A DNA stretch of 64,000 bases, taken from NCBI RefSeq assembly GCF_009914755.1, contig NC_060927.1. The stretch is one strand, 5' to 3'. Positions 23,461 to 38,977 of the stretch are shown piece after piece (within the stretch, counting starts at the first letter, position 1; each line of letters begins with the position of its first letter). The notes beneath the pieces are model-generated. The model did not search any database and was not told the origin of the DNA. It was given only the letters and a program-made list of their open reading frames with translations. The translations under genes and the position numbers were made by a program. This DNA comes from the human T2T-CHM13v2.0 reference genome, Homo sapiens.

Positions 23461-25039
23461 CCAGACTTTCATTTGCTTTTTAATTTTCTTAATGTGTACT
23501 TAAAACATTTAAACTGAAAAATATTCGTGGAGTATAATCGCTCACTCTATTTCCTTATGAATTCTCCTGTTGCATTCATATTTAGAAGAAAAGTGTCTGT
23601 CCAAAGATCCAGTAAACATCCACCTCTATTTTCTTAAAGATTTTCTATGGCATTATTTTAAAACAATTAATTGCTTATTCTCTCTAGAATTTATTCAGGT
23701 GCATAGTGTGGGCTTGATGGAAGATTATTTATGTTTTCTAATTGCTAAACAGATGCCCCCAACATCATTTAATGTGGAGTAAGAATGAGGAAGTTTCATT
23801 TGTTGTCAATTTGTGCTACTTCCTTAAAGATGCAGTACATTTGTCCTTGCAATGGAAACTTCTTCTGGACTATTTTGCTCCATAATTCAGATTTCAGTAC
23901 AAGTCTGCTGTAGATAATATTACTTCTAATTAATGTTTGTATATTTTAATTCCAGAACAACAGAAAAATTATGGCTGTTAATGTTTTTGTGTTTGTTTTT
24001 CTTATGCTTCTTTTTTATCTAATCATAAATTATTTTATTAGAAAAAAATTAAAAAGTCATCACATACTCAGGCCTATAGCATGTATTCAGAGTTAATAAA
24101 GGTATTTTGTCATGTTTGATTCAGAACTTAGCCTTTCATTTGAAAAGTAACAAAACATTACAAATACACGAACATCTAAGTAACTGTCTTTACTTCCTAG
24201 TCCTGTCTCTATTGACCCTCCAAGAGTCCAGTTCTCTTTGGCTTAAATGTGGATCTTTCCTATCGATATATGTGTCTAAAATCTAGAGTGTTACTTCCTG
24301 TACATGTTCTGTTTAATTTATGTAAATGGCATTTTGTATATATTGCTCTACAACTTTTTTAAAATTTAAGATTACACTTTTGAGAGCTATCTATGTTGAT
24401 CAATATCAGTCTAATTTATTCATTTTAACTGCTGTGTAGCGTTATCACACGAATATAACAAAATTTCTTTACTTGCCTTACTCAAAGACATTGGGTTATT
24501 TCCAATGCTTTTTATAATTACAAAGTGCTGAGTAGACAGACTTGATCTGTTTTACTAGAAGAGGAACTATCAAGGTTAATTAACTGAAACAAAACAATTT
24601 AGATTATAAAATTCACTGAAAAGTAAAGATTGAACATAATTAGTGAAGAAACAGATAGTATAAAGAGTAGAAGACAGTGTAATTGTAACCTCAAAAAGGG
24701 AGATACATCTGTCAGTTTAAGCTCTAACAAAATATGTCTAGAATCTGTATGCTGAAAGCTATAATAAACTAATGAAAAAAGAAAGATAAACATAAAAGAA
24801 ATGCTAAACTCTAATCATATATCTCTAGCAAGAATATTCTAAAATTTATGTAGAGATGCAAAGGAAATAGACTAGCCCAAACAATTCTGAAAAAGAAATA
24901 AGTTGGAGGGTTCATACTATCTGATTTTTAAAAAATACCTATACAGTTACAGTCCTCTGAATAAGGAACCAAGAAATAGACTACACAAATATAGTAACTT
25001 ATTTTTTAATAATTTTCAGAGAAATCTAAATAAAAGAAA

Positions 25040-25928
<889 letters not shown>

Positions 25929-26484
25929 ATATACAAAGACAGCTGAGTGGATAAAGAATAGTCCTTTCTAAATAGTGGAAAAATTACGTGTCATATACAA
26001 AATATATGAACCTCAACATATACCACACACCTTATACAAAAATGAACTCAAATGGTTTATAAAAATAAATGAAAAAGTGTAAAATTATAAAACTTATAGA
26101 AGAAAATACAGGAGAAAATCCATGTGATTTTGAGGTTAGAAATGAGTTTTTTTTTAAGATATGATACCAAAATAGAAAATTAATACATTTCAGTTGATTA
26201 AAATTTAAACTTTCATTTTGTGAAAGACACTAATAAGAAGACAAAAGGTAAATCACAGGTTGGGAGGAAATATTTGTAAATCATATACCAATAGAGGACT
26301 TTTATCCAGAATATATAAAGAACATTTAAAGCTTAATATGAAGAAAACAAAAACATTAAAAAAAGGGGCAAAAAACTGAACAAGAACTTTATCAAATAAA
26401 ATATACAATGGTAAATAAGTATATTAAAAGCATCTCAACATTATCAGTCATTACAGAAATGCAAATTAAAACTACAAGAAGGCA

Positions 26485-28155
26485 TAGGATTCTGCAAAGA
26501 TGGTGGAGTATGTAGCATCAAAATCTGACTCCTCAAAAGTCAACAATTGCACTGGCAGAATTTGTCTGATGTAACTATTTTGGAATTCTGAAGTCTATTG
26601 AAGGCTTGCAACTTTCAAGGGAAAGCTTAGATGGCAAATTGCTGTTATTTTAGTCAATTTCAGCTCTTAAAATAGTAGTAGCTACCTATGCTCTATACCA
26701 GGGGTCCCTAACCCCTGGGCCACAGACCTGTACTGGTCCATGGCCTGTTAGGAACTGGGCAGCACAGCAGGAGGTGAGTGACAGGTGAGCAAGCATTACC
26801 GCCTGAGCTCCGCCTCCTGTCATGTCAGTGGCGGCATTAGATTCTCACAGGAGCATGAACCCTATTGTGAACTGTACATGTGAGTGATCTTGCTATCATT
26901 CTCCTTATGAGAATCTAACTCATGCCTGATGATCTGAGGTGGAAGAGTTACATCCTGAAACTATCCCCAATACCAGGTCCGTGGAAAAATTGTCTTTCAC
27001 AAAACTGGTTCCTCATGCCAAAATGGTTGGGAAACCCTGCTTTACACCTCAGCCACATGGCAGGCTATTTTGCACATGTTCCTGGAGCAACTTGCACACA
27101 GCTTGTAGGACCCAGGGTGGACAAAATTAATTCTACTCTTTAAATAGTGGAGATCCGTGCTTAGTTGCTGATTGCCACTTCTGATCACAGGGGTGCAGAC
27201 ACAGAGGTGATAGCATTGTTGTTGTACCTTCCCCAATTGTGCAAGCCTCTTCTCCAGCTGAAGTGACTTCCAGGAGATGTATAAAGCTGGTGTCCCCTCC
27301 CCTTCATTTTTATTTTTTTCCTTTTTTGGAAACCAGATATTAAAGACTATGGCATTCAAAAGCAAACACATATATGAAAGAAATTAGAAAATCACTATAT
27401 ATGCCCAGGGAAACACAGAAGTTCAGAAAAGATCTGAGAAGACTTTAAGTTCACATTGGAGGTTGACCTTTGGCAAAGATACAGTCTATAGCAAAAATGA
27501 CAACTAAAAAAACCATAATAACAAAAATACTTAAATCCCAGGGAAAGAAGAAAATCTGATTTCCAGAGTTAGCATGTTATTACTTACAAATGGCCAATTT
27601 TCAACAACAACAAAAAATTATAAGACAAATAAAGAAATAGGAAATAACGGCTCACTCAAAGAAAAAAACCACAGTAAAAACCATACCTCAAAATGGATCT
27701 ACTAGACAAAGACTTTAAAACAACTATGTTAAAGATATTCAAAGAACTAAAGGACGATGTGTAGAAAGTCAACAAAATGTTCTATGAACAAAATGGAAAT
27801 AGCAATAAAGACATGTAAAACCTAAAAAGAAAGAAACAAACAAAAACCAAAATTCTGGAGCCAAAAGTTTCAATAACTGAAATGAGAAATCCATTACAGA
27901 TACTCAAAGGTTTGAGCAAGCAGAAGAAAGAATCAGCGAACTTGAAGATAAGACAATGGAAATTATTAACACAAGAAATAGAAAGAAAAAAGATTAAAGA
28001 AAAGTGAACTGGCTTTTGGGACACCATCAAGTGAATCAATGTACACATTGTGAAAGTCCTAGAAGGAGAAGAGAGAGAAAAATAGACTATTTAAAGAAAT
28101 AATGAGTTAAAACTTTCTAAATTTGATCAATGATATAAATATAAACCTCTAAGGT
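26485..28155 (+). mobile_element. Old L1 5' region and degenerate ORF1 (MER1B inserted)
   Basis: 'aagatggtggagta' 5' start; ORF1-like 'ctagacaaagactttaaaacaactatgttaaagatattcaaagaactaaagga', 'gcagaagaaagaatcagcgaacttgaagata'. Confidence 0.75.
26699..27039. mobile_element. MER1B (hAT-Charlie)
   Basis: CAGGGGTCC..CCCTG termini; 'ccgcctgagctccgcctcctgtca..gcggcattagattctca'. 8-bp flanks ctctatac/ctttacac. Confidence 0.9.
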
Positions 28156-28159
28156 GAGG

Positions 28160-29005
28160 GCATGTCAAAAGGACACAGAAGTCAATCTGTGAAAGCTCCC
28201 AGTGATCAAACCTGGAACCACCTGAGCATAAAATGAATATCCTCGAGTCCACACTGATATAAGTACAAAATTAAATACATAAATAACTATGGAGAAATGC
28301 ATGTTTTTCTTACAAAATAATTCCAATTGATAAATGTAAAAGAGATGACAGAAATACAAAGTGGGGCCAGGTGCGGTGGCTGATGCCTGTAATCCCAGCC
28401 CTTTGGGAGGCCGAGGCAGGTGGATCATGAGGTCAGGACTTCAAGACCAGCCTGGCCAACATGGTGAAACCCTGTCTCTACTAAAAATACAAAAATTATC
28501 TGGGCATGGTGGTGTGTGCCTGTAATCCCAGCTACTCAGGGGGCTGAGGCAGGAGAATTGCTTGAACCGGGACCTGGGAGGAGGAGGTTGCCATAAGCCG
28601 AGATCCTGCCACTGCACTCTAGCCTGGGCTACAGAGTGAGATTCCGTCTCAAAAAACAAACAAACAAAAGTTAGCAGTAGAACACCACAGGAATAATTGC
28701 AGCTGGCAGCATCCACTGATGACTGCAAAAATTAGTGAGCAAAACTGTAAGGAGAAATAGGATACTTGCATAGCCTTAAAAATCTCCCCTAAAATATTTA
28801 TTAATTATTGTTAGTGGTTTTACTTTATGTCTACAGATTCTTTTATACTCCTCACTCCAAAAATGGAGCTTAATTCTCCTCCATAAGTAACTCACTTATA
28901 AATAATAGTGCATGAAAAGGGAAAAACAGTAAACTTCACAATGGAGAAACCTGCCAGGTACTACCTTAACCAAGTGATCAACATTAACATCATCAGTAAT
29001 AAGAC
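28160..29005 (+). mobile_element. L1MC/L1MD 3' region (Alu inserted)
   Basis: 'gagtccacactgatataa', 'tggagaaacctgccag..accttaaccaagtgatcaacattaacatcatcagtaataag'. Confidence 0.7.
28365..28668 (+). mobile_element. AluS (Sg/Sc-like)
   Basis: Full dimer with 'ggatcatgaggtcagga' and an A/AAAC tail. Confidence 0.95.
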
Positions 29006-32000
29006 CAGACACAACCCAGACATCTTAGTCTAAGGCTAATTTTGTCCTACTATTGAGGCAAGGCTTTTTAAAGTATTCTACCCAATGCTTTTCTAAGTAT
29101 TCTACCCAATGTCTTGTAAATCATGAGGTTTTTCAGCCTGGCTAGTAGAAGGAGGCAATATTACAGGCCCTGTATGAGAACTGGACACTGTTTCCTTAAA
29201 CCTTCTAAGGGAATTCTTTCTTCAGCCTCAGGTAGTTTTCTTACATGCATGTGCTGATCAGTACTCTGTTGAAGACTCAAGGGAGACTCTCTGCGGATCA
29301 GAATTTTCTCTCAATGTAGCTCTTTTCTCTTCAGTAATCTGTCCCAATCCTCTAGCTACCTGGTCTCCCCAGTGTTTCAAATCCGTCTCTTTAACTCAAA
29401 GAGTCTTCTGAGATCCATCTTGGCCTCTCTTCCTGTGCCACACTTAAAAAACAAACAAAAAACACCTCTCATTCATTAAGCTGGAGCAATCATTGGGTTC
29501 ACCTCATTAGCTTCCTATTTCTCAGGGATCACTGTCCTTCATTACCTGATGTCCAATGTCTTAAAAACTTATTTAATATATTTTGCCCTGTTGTTTTGTT
29601 GTTTCATGTGAAAGAATAAATTTGGTTCCTGCTACTCCATCTTGTAGAAATGGAACACTTTCTTTAAATACTTTAATTCTAGCTTTTACATCTATTATTT
29701 TATCACCCAATCCTTTTATCTCTCTGTTCATTTATTTTACTTCTGACAGTTTTCTCAAGTCAATCTTGTGCTTAATTCATCTAAACATCAAATTATTTTA
29801 TATTTATTCATTTATTATCTAAATATCCAACAATCATTGCTAATATCTGCTGTTTCCAGTGCAGAGTTGAATTACAGAAGCACAAAATTATATGCAGGAT
29901 ACATAAGTGATTGAATTAATAAAATAATACTTTTCAGGATTATTTAAGAAAGAATATTTGGGTAAACATAAAGCACTATAACATGTTTAAAAAATAACTG
30001 TTTATATTTTCTACCCACAACTAAATCTTACCCCCTTTAATCTCTCTCTCTCTTTTTCTGACTCTGTGAGGTCAGTTTATTACTCCCTTTTCTCCCAATA
30101 TGCTATGGATGTTTTCCATTTCTTTCCTGGTGATTCAGGTTTGTCCTTTAAGTTCGTGAGAAGCCCACAGCAGCTTAAATTGGTTGAGTTTGATGCTCTA
30201 CTTCACCACTGTAACTTACTCAGGTCAACTCTCTACCAGGAAGCAAACTGATATCTAATCTTTGTGAAACCTAAAATATGCTTGACTCTTGTGATCCGGA
30301 ATAACTGTGGCTAAGTATTTTTTCCTCGTTTTCAGCATTTAATGGCTGTTTTGGTGAAAAAGAGAGAAAAGGGATTTCATGGGCAATTACTCTTCAAATT
30401 AAGAAAAATCATCTGTAAGCAATGAAACTCACAATGGGGTCCAAAGTCACCCAAACATGCAGCTAGTGCTCTTAATTCAGCAAACTCTTTGAAGAATATT
30501 CATTGGATTTTTTATTTTGAAGATAAGAACCAAAGGCAACCCATTTAGAGCATCAGGCCTAAGACTTTAAGACATTTAGTTATGATTACAGAAAGCAGCA
30601 TCACAGAACATTCAGCAACCACGGGATTTGAGAGCTGCAGCAGCAGCAGCATAAATGCCAACCATTGACTTCTAATTACCAGGCGCTTCTTAGAAGACGG
30701 CAGTTGGCACAGTGGCTGGTGATCCAGTTTTTCTTCGGTTTTCATATGCAGTAGTAAGTTATGATTGTCAGTGTGTTTCAGTTTTCTGAATTCTATCATA
30801 TCTCTTTTTGGAAGTTACTTGCTCATCCAAATTCATTCACCACTTGCCTACTTAACTAAGCTTCCTTCCAAATTTCCCTGGTAATGACAATCCTTTTTTC
30901 CACTTACCCATAGTCAAAGACTTGCATCAATATTCCACAAATGCCCTTACTCATAATAGTGCACCCTTACTATTGGTCCTTTAGAATAGTGTGATCCACA
31001 CACATCACGTATATTAAACTGCTGACCTGTGAAGGGGAAGCTTAAACACTGGCTGTAGTGTTCAGGTCAATGACCTTGGTACCAATTTGATCTCTTTCGG
31101 AAGTTATGTATTTGTAGCTCTACCAGGCTCTGTTAACTCTTGCTTTACTCTCCATCTTTGGAAATTGGATTTTATTGTTTAGGCTTGGCCTATGCAGCAT
31201 TCAATCTACTCTTTTCCCAAGATGTAAAGTATAGTGGTGGTCACTGCATTTCAGTTAAAAATCTTATACTTCCTTTTTGGCTTTGGAGAACCCAGACCTG
31301 CTGCCAACACTTGACAAACATCCTGACCAAGTCAGCCCCATCCCTAAAAGTACCATGCCTTCAACCTATAATCCAGTCCCTGATCTGTAACTACATACAT
31401 ACACCATAGGCCAGGAGAAGAGCTGTTGTGTGAAACCTATATCTATTAAGATGTTTCCATGATCTTAAAACTCAGACCAATAGAGATTGGAAACACTATG
31501 CTAGAGCATAAATATGCAGGATTAATCACGTGACTGTTATTTCACTGATTTAGCTAGCTATAGTAGGGGTGGAACAGGTCTGGGTGCCACACAATTAGTT
31601 TATTCATAATCTCTAGGATCTGTTCTTCACCCTTGTTTGTTCACATTAGGAGAAGAGATGCAGAAATTCTCACCTATACCTTATTCAGCTACAACTACAT
31701 ATGGATATCCTGAGCTTGCAGAGAGTAAAGATTTTTAACATTTCCTCACAATTTGCATACCAGATTAGGGCGATATGCAAACCAGCAAGTCACTATAACA
31801 TGAATGTAAAAGCCCCCCAGAAGCCATTCAGGTTGGATTGCATAGCTCTGCCCTCAAAGATGTGAGAATACCAAAACTGATTCACAGGCTCCAGACAACG
31901 GACAGTAAAACACTGATTTGGGGATATTCGTCCCAGAATGAGAAAATTCTCTCCTATAGATCCAAATTAGAGGCCTTAGAGGGGTTTTTGAACACTTGAT

Positions 32001-32553
32001 CTAGTCATTCAACTAAAAATTCAACCCACATGTTAACTTAGATATGAGATGAAAGACATATTTTTCTATTTAGCATGGGTTCTTAAATGCGTCCCAAGAG
32101 AGGGGAGTTGAGATAATGACATTTGCTCAAGCATCCATTGCTCATCCTTTTCTGTACCCAGCCCATCAGCAGAAAGGAACCACACCTGCAGAGAGAACAG
32201 CTGTGTTTCCATTACGGTTTAACAATCTTCTCATCCCTTCATTTCCGGCAGAGCATGACTTACCCAGAGAAACTTCAAAGCTTTCAAATAACAGAATAAA
32301 AATTGTTTAGGACTCACCATCCACATGAACCATAGTTTGAACTATTTGTGTACTACATTGTTATCAGTTAGAATTTCAAATTCCAGAATATTTCAAATGT
32401 GAGTCTATATGGTGTCAGTGAGGTGTTAACCGACCCATCTATGATTTGCGAAGTCTTAAGATGGATGAACTCTTGTCATACTCTATCGTGAGGAAATATT
32501 TACAACTCAAAATCATGCTTAAGAAGAAAAATTTTCTGAGATAAGTCAAGTCT

Positions 32554-32897
<344 letters not shown>

Positions 32898-33189
32898 TTA
32901 TGTCTCAATTTGTAGCATGTGTTTTAAAATTAGAGGTGACTTTAGCACTTTCTCTAAGGCAATTGGTTAGTTGTTTTACATTTATGATATGCCGCTCAAA
33001 TTAAAAAGTCATCTCCAAATACAAAAGCACCCATCTGCCAATCTTCCTTACTTCCCTAATTATATATTGAGCAATTAATTACCATGTGTCAAGCCCTCTA
33101 TAAATATTATAGTTTAATTTTTTAAAATGCACAGAGATATGTAATTACAAATAGTCACACCTATATTTTAGGGAAAGTACAGCAGCTTA

Positions 33190-34560
33190 TATTGGTGCGA
33201 TGCCATTTGCGTGGGTAGAGGGTAGGCAGAGAAGCCATCCTTAAAGAACTGAGAATCAAGCTGAGATCTGAACTGTAAGCACAAATTTAGTTAGGCGTAG
33301 AGAGAGAAGAAGGAAATCGCACTTGAGGCAAAGGGAGTACATGCAACATCCAAAGGTTTTGACATTCAGGGGAAAGAAGAGGGGAGGCTGAAAGAAGACT
33401 GAATTTTCTGGACCCCAGCATGAGAAAGGCACCAAAACATAAAGCTGAAACTTCATGGAACCTGGAGGCATGCAGAGCTTTGGCAGCCACTTGCAGAATT
33501 AGATCCTTATGAGAATTCAAATCACTTCCTTCCATATAGCTTAACTATCAGGAATGAGAATGAGGATCACTTACACCAACAAGATTTAACTGTTTATTCT
33601 TAACTGGAGATTCTTGCTCAGAAAGTTAAGGCTGTAAATCAATGAATAACTTTATTGTTTACTTTAGGAAATTCCTGCTAACCGATTTATCCAAACAAAC
33701 ACTTGACTCATCTCTCCCATCAGGACAAAAGAATGTTCACCTGCAGAAACAGCTTGCTTATCAAACAGCAGTTTATTTGTCAAGACTCACATCAAGACTT
33801 TCACTTTGCTGTGCTCACCAGTCCTAAACAATTACATGATAAATTGTATTCCAGTCAGTTTGTCTTCTAAGCTACTCGTGTTCAAGACCAAAGCCTATAA
33901 ACATCCTCCTCTTCCCCCTTTCTGGGACACCACTAAAACTCATTCAAGGCCATAGGATAAATAGACTTAGGTTTTTTTCACTAACAAGTTTTCTGGTAGT
34001 CTTTGGCAGAGTTGGTAGTTGTCAATCCTGGGAGCAAACAAAAAGCGATGGAGGATTTTTAAGAAAAGTGGAAGATAGGACCAGCATTTTAATTTGGTTG
34101 CAGTTTGGTGAGCAGATTGGACAAAGCACAGAATCAATGTACAGATGTGGCAGTAAGGAGGCTATTGCTATAGTCCAGGAGAAACGTGACAGAAGCTTGG
34201 AATTTGAACATGACAATTGAGATAGGATAAATGGATGGATTAGAGATGTGTTTTGAAGGTAGATCCAACAAGCCCTGCTAATAGTGGAGGACAGGGGGAG
34301 TTAGAGGTGTTAAGCATTAATTTATGAATTTTTGGTTTGCCGAACTAGATAGAAAATGGTGCCACTTATTGAGATGGAAAACATAGAAAAGGAGCAGGTT
34401 TGGAGAGGAATGTGAGGTTGGGGGTAGGAAATCATGAGTCAGTTTTGGACATGCTGAGTTTGAGTTGTCTTTGAGATACTCAAGTGGCAATGTCAAGTAA
34501 GCATTTGGACGTGTGGTCATGGAGATCAGAAAAGGTCTGAGAAACAAAGCAATGGCCAAA
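33190..34560 (-). mobile_element. L2 fragment, split by an LTR at 33507-34024
   Basis: 'ggaggctattgctatagtccagg', 'ggagcaggtttgg', 'agttttggacatgctgagtttgag'. Confidence 0.8.
33507..34024 (+). mobile_element. MER67/MER31-like ERV1 solo LTR
   Basis: Ends 'aacaagttttctggtagtctttggcagagttggtagttgtca'. ATCC on both flanks (33503-33506 and 34025-34028). Confidence 0.6.
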
Positions 34561-34789
34561 TACTCAGAAAATAATTATTTCATCTCCACTGTGTTTCCCG
34601 TTTAAATTTCGTAGTATATGCACTCAAAGGGCCCTTTATACTGCTATCCTCCAACTTCAGTGGCAAAAAGCAGAAAGGAAAATTCTTGTATTCAGGCTTG
34701 AGAAAGATGGCAGGGTGGTATGATGTAATTATTGCCTTCTAAGAGCAACTTGGTTCTTAATGGCCTTTTCTTTCCATATAGCTATACTA

Positions 34790-35030
34790 ACAAGAAGTTA
34801 AGAGCCTGGGCTCTGGGGTGAAGCGGACTTAGATTTGACTCTTGAATCTATAACTTACTAGATCGATAATCTTAAGAGATTTTCTTAAACTGAGCCTCAG
34901 GTTCCTCAATTATAAGTTGAGGATAATAATAACTACCACCTCATAGGGTATTATGAGAAGCAAATAAGTCCATGTAGTGTGGCTGGCATAGTACTTGGTG
35001 TGTAGTATGGACTCAATAAATGTTAGTTTT
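34790..35030 (+). mobile_element. MIR
   Basis: 'gttaagagcctgggctctgg', 'ctgagcctcaggttcctca', 'ctcaataaatgttag'. Confidence 0.85.
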
Positions 35031-36329
35031 TGCTATAATTATCCTTGGATTCCGGCATTAGAGGATTCTCAAGCTTATAGAATTTTGGCCATAAGAAATG
35101 CCATGCCTGCAAAATTAGAGAGTTAAGGAAACAGAAAACTTATACTATTTTCTAATGTACTTCATGCCCACACCCAAACTCACCGCCAACCCCATGGAAC
35201 TATAAGGGTCTAAGTATCCAGTGCTTCATTTGACTAATCTCATGCCCGTTGAGAAGAAGTGGAAAACAGAATGAAGACTGAGAGCTCTCATTTTTCTTCC
35301 CTTGTGACTTACATTTAACCTGGGGTTGTTTTTGTATCACTAGATGAGTTTTCCCTGAAAAGCTAGTCAAGAGTCCCTTTATTGCACTGTTGCTACTGAA
35401 CTGTGGTCCCTAAAGCCAAGAGATTCATGAAAAGGGAACTTCTTTCTGAATCCAGTTGGATTGAGCAATTTAATCCATATTTTCTTGAGTTACATTGTGT
35501 AAAATAAATCCTATACAAATTTGAACAATCATACAAGTTCTACTTAGTTGAAATAAATTTGCCCAAGGTCAAACTAGCTCAAATAGAATGTGATCAAAAC
35601 AGAGAGACATAAAATTACTTCAAACTGCAATCAGGCCAGTTCAAATTATGTTAGGCTACTTCAGACCAGTTTAAATTAAAAGGAATCAAACTGGTCCTGA
35701 AGAGCTTAAATTGAGTCAAATTTTTTTCCAGTTCAAAATTGGCTCTAATTGAGTCAAGGGGATTAAGACATTTCAAGTTGTATCAATCCATTTCTAGTTG
35801 GATTAGATAAGCATGAACCAGGCAAGCTGGCTCTGATCAGCTAGAATGAGACAAATTGAATTCTAAACAGTTTAATTGGAATCAAGCTTTATCAATCTAA
35901 GTTAATTTCTGTGCTGCCTGGGAAACAAAACATTGCTTTAAGAACTGGTGTCACTCCATGCTTGTGTCATGGTGGCAAAAACGATGAGTTGCTTGCCAGT
36001 GTCCATTCTCATAGTTTTCTTCACTACTAGTGGAACTACTTATGTGGTTGTGGTCATCAATGTGTCTAGCTAAAACAAAGCAAAAAACAAATAAAAACCT
36101 ACATTTTCTCATCTCTCCTGAAGAGAAATATGGCAAATGGAGTGGGCATTGAAAAATAAGTTCTTTTCTATTTCTTGTGCCTGAATTGTGGAAAAAAATG
36201 GCTGGAACTACAGAGTTGCAACCATGGGTAAAACATGGTGACTTAATTCATCTCTAAGGATGGCACAATAAAAATATATAAGGATCCTGGGTAACATGGT
36301 AAAGGTACCATCTCCTGTTTCCAAAGTGG

Positions 36330-36765
36330 TCAGTGCTCCTTCCAAATCTCCTAGGCACTCACCAGTCCTGCTGAAGACTTTACCTTCAAGCATCTGTACT
36401 CTCTGTCCAAAGGATTACTAGGGCCATAGGGGGAGCATGGTGGGGGACTGTCAGGGAGCTAATGCCCCTGGGATCAGTTTCAACCAATTTATCAACCAAT
36501 GGATTAACACCTGTTCTTCCCCAGCCCTCAGATGGGACATCTCCAAGGTATATTTTATACCCTTTCGCCGATGTCATGGGTAGGATCAAGCCTCAGTTGC
36601 TCAGAGCATTAATTTGCTCACTAATAATCAGTACTGATTCTCTTCCCTTTCCTGTCTCACTGTACCACTCCCAAAACAGTGTTTCCTGGCATCACCAAAT
36701 GAATAGGATACTTGCTCTCAAATCCTTGTCTCATGCCTGCCTATGAGGTAACCAAATATAAGACC
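36330..36765 (+). mobile_element. LTR16-family (ERVL) solo LTR
   Basis: 'cccagccctcagatgggaca', 'cttccctttcctgtctcact', 'tacttgctctcaaatccttgtctca..aaccaaatataagac'. Confidence 0.7.
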
Positions 36766-37109
36766 ATCTCTGGATTGTCTATCTTGGAACTTCTTTTGAA
36801 TAAAGAAACATAAGCCTCTTTAATCAAATCACAATTATTTGAGTATTCTGTAATATGCTGCTAAACCCTTTCTTATCTGATCTGATTAGCAATGTAATAA
36901 TTTCTTAAGCTTAAATCTCTTTATTATTAGTAGTCCTTTTTCCAATGAAGAAAAACTATTAAAAACCAAAAGCCAGAAGAAGAATTTAAAAGCCTTTTGA
37001 TTTAATAAAATCTGATGCCTACTAAAATAAATATTGAAAATTATATTCTAAATGTTTACTTTTAGCAAATACAATTTCAACAAGTAAATGGCTTTACATT
37101 GCCAACTAG

Positions 37110-38420
37110 TAAATTTCAGTTCTTACTTGACTCATCCATAGCTTTTGATAGAGTTGGTCCTTTCCTCCTTTCTGAAAAATGTTTCTCTAATTGGTCTGTA
37201 GGCAACCACCCTCTCTTGGCTTTCCTTCTGCCTCACTGGCTGCTTCTTTCCAGTCTCCTTTGCTGGTTTCCCCTCATCTCAAGCTGGTATTCTTAGGCTC
37301 AATCTTTGGCCTGTGTCTCCTTTTTATCAACAAGCATGCTCTACATGATATCATTTGATCCCATAATTTGAAATAGTATCCCTAGGTTGATAGATCTTAA
37401 ATTTACATCTTCAACCCCAATTTCTCCCCTGAAGTTGAGACTCATAATTATTACTTATATACCATCTGTGGTTGGCTGGTTTTTAGACAGCTCAGTTTTT
37501 ACATGGCTGAAACCAGGCAAAACCACTGTTCCTGCAATCTTCAACTCAGTAAATGGCAACTCCTTTATAATGGTTGCCCGGGCCAAAAGCATACGAAACT
37601 AGCCACAATTCCTCATTTCGCTTTCAACACTCCACACCAGTAGCCAACCCTATCAACTCCACCTTTAAATGCTTCCAGAATCTGACCCCTTTTCACCATA
37701 CCTCCACTAAAATGGTAATATAAACTACCACAATTTCTTGCTTGAACTCTTTCAATTGCTTCCTATTTTAGTTCTCTGAGTCTACTCTTGCCCCACGCAC
37801 ACCCAATTCTCTAAGCAGTAATCAGTGTGATCTTGATTCAAATATAAATGGAATTACATCAATACTCTGTCCAAATTTTCCAGTGTATATCCATCTAACT
37901 CTAAGTCTTCACCTACAGAACCCAGTGTAGCTCACTCCCAGACACTTTTTTACTTCATCATTCACCACTCACTCTGTCATTCACTTGGCTTCAGCCAGAC
38001 TCACCTCCATGTTGATCCTTGGACACATACCATGAATCCAACTCCTCAGGCGTCTGACTTATCATACCCTCTATCTAGAAGATCTTCTAACCAGCTACCC
38101 TTGTGCCTCTCTCCCTCACTTCCTGGAAGTCTCCATTCAAATATTACCTCAACAGAGGCCATGACTAACCAACTTTTCTACCATAGCACGGCCCACCACA
38201 CTCTCCCTTCCATGCTCTATCTTTTTACTCTGTTTTTCTTCAGAATATTTATTGCCACCTGACATGTTATATATTTATGTGTCATCTGTCTCCATTAGGA
38301 TGAAAATGTTAGAAGAGAAAGGACTTTGTCTATTTTATTCCCTGAATATTTCTAGTACCTAGATAATTGCCTAGAACATAGCAGGCACACTATAAATGTT
38401 TTAATGAAAGAATAAATGCA
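37110..38420 (+). mobile_element. L2 3' portion
   Basis: 'cttacttgactcatccatagcttttgatagagttg', 'tcagtaaatggcaactcc'; ends 'gcctagaacatagcaggcacactataaatgttttaatgaaagaat'. Confidence 0.85.
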
Positions 38421-38688
38421 TTATAATCATACTTTTATCAAAAAATTATTTTTGACCACTTAGTCAAATACCTGATTGAGTGTGGTATGTCTGAATATTT
38501 CAAGAAAAAATAATGAAATTTTCAAAATTTCTGGCAGCAGTTTTTTTTTTACATTGATCAAGGAGCTGCCCTCTCTCGTAAAAAGGCACAGCAGGAGTTG
38601 AACTGTGGCTGAGATACCCATGGCTTACCCAGTAATTGAGAAAGACTAAACAAGAGAGTCCACTCTTTGCTATAACTGCTTTTTCCAT

Positions 38689-38694
38689 TTTATT
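38689..38694 (-). terminator. GADL1: Probable distal GADL1 poly(A) signal
   Basis: TTTATT (AATAAA on the - strand) ~2 kb past the stop codon. Further candidates at 39474-39479, 39806-39811 and 39814-39819. Confidence 0.65.
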
Positions 38695-38953
38695 CAAGGT
38701 GTTAACTAAAATACAGAGAGCTTTCAACCTACTTTTTCAGTCATTAAACTAAAATGCCAACCAAGTCCAGTTCACTTCTAAAATGTATTGGTACAATCCA
38801 GTAAAGAGGAGATGACAGGAAAAGAAAAGTCAACAACACTAAGTATAGTAATGTTCCTTTTTGTTTCATGAAACCCAAATTGTTACAAACATCAATTTTA
38901 GAAATATTTTATGTAGACATTAAAACAAAAAGGCAACAAGAAATGCAAAATAA

Positions 38954-38977
38954 ACACACACACACACACACACACAC
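38954..38977. repeat. (CA)n microsatellite
   Basis: Seen directly. Confidence 0.9.

Noticed and set aside
27560-28155. L1 ORF1 as a coding gene
   Set aside because: Multiple stops and frameshifts; inactive relic.
30635-30651. (CAG)n run
   Set aside because: Only 4-5 units and not in a recognised exon.
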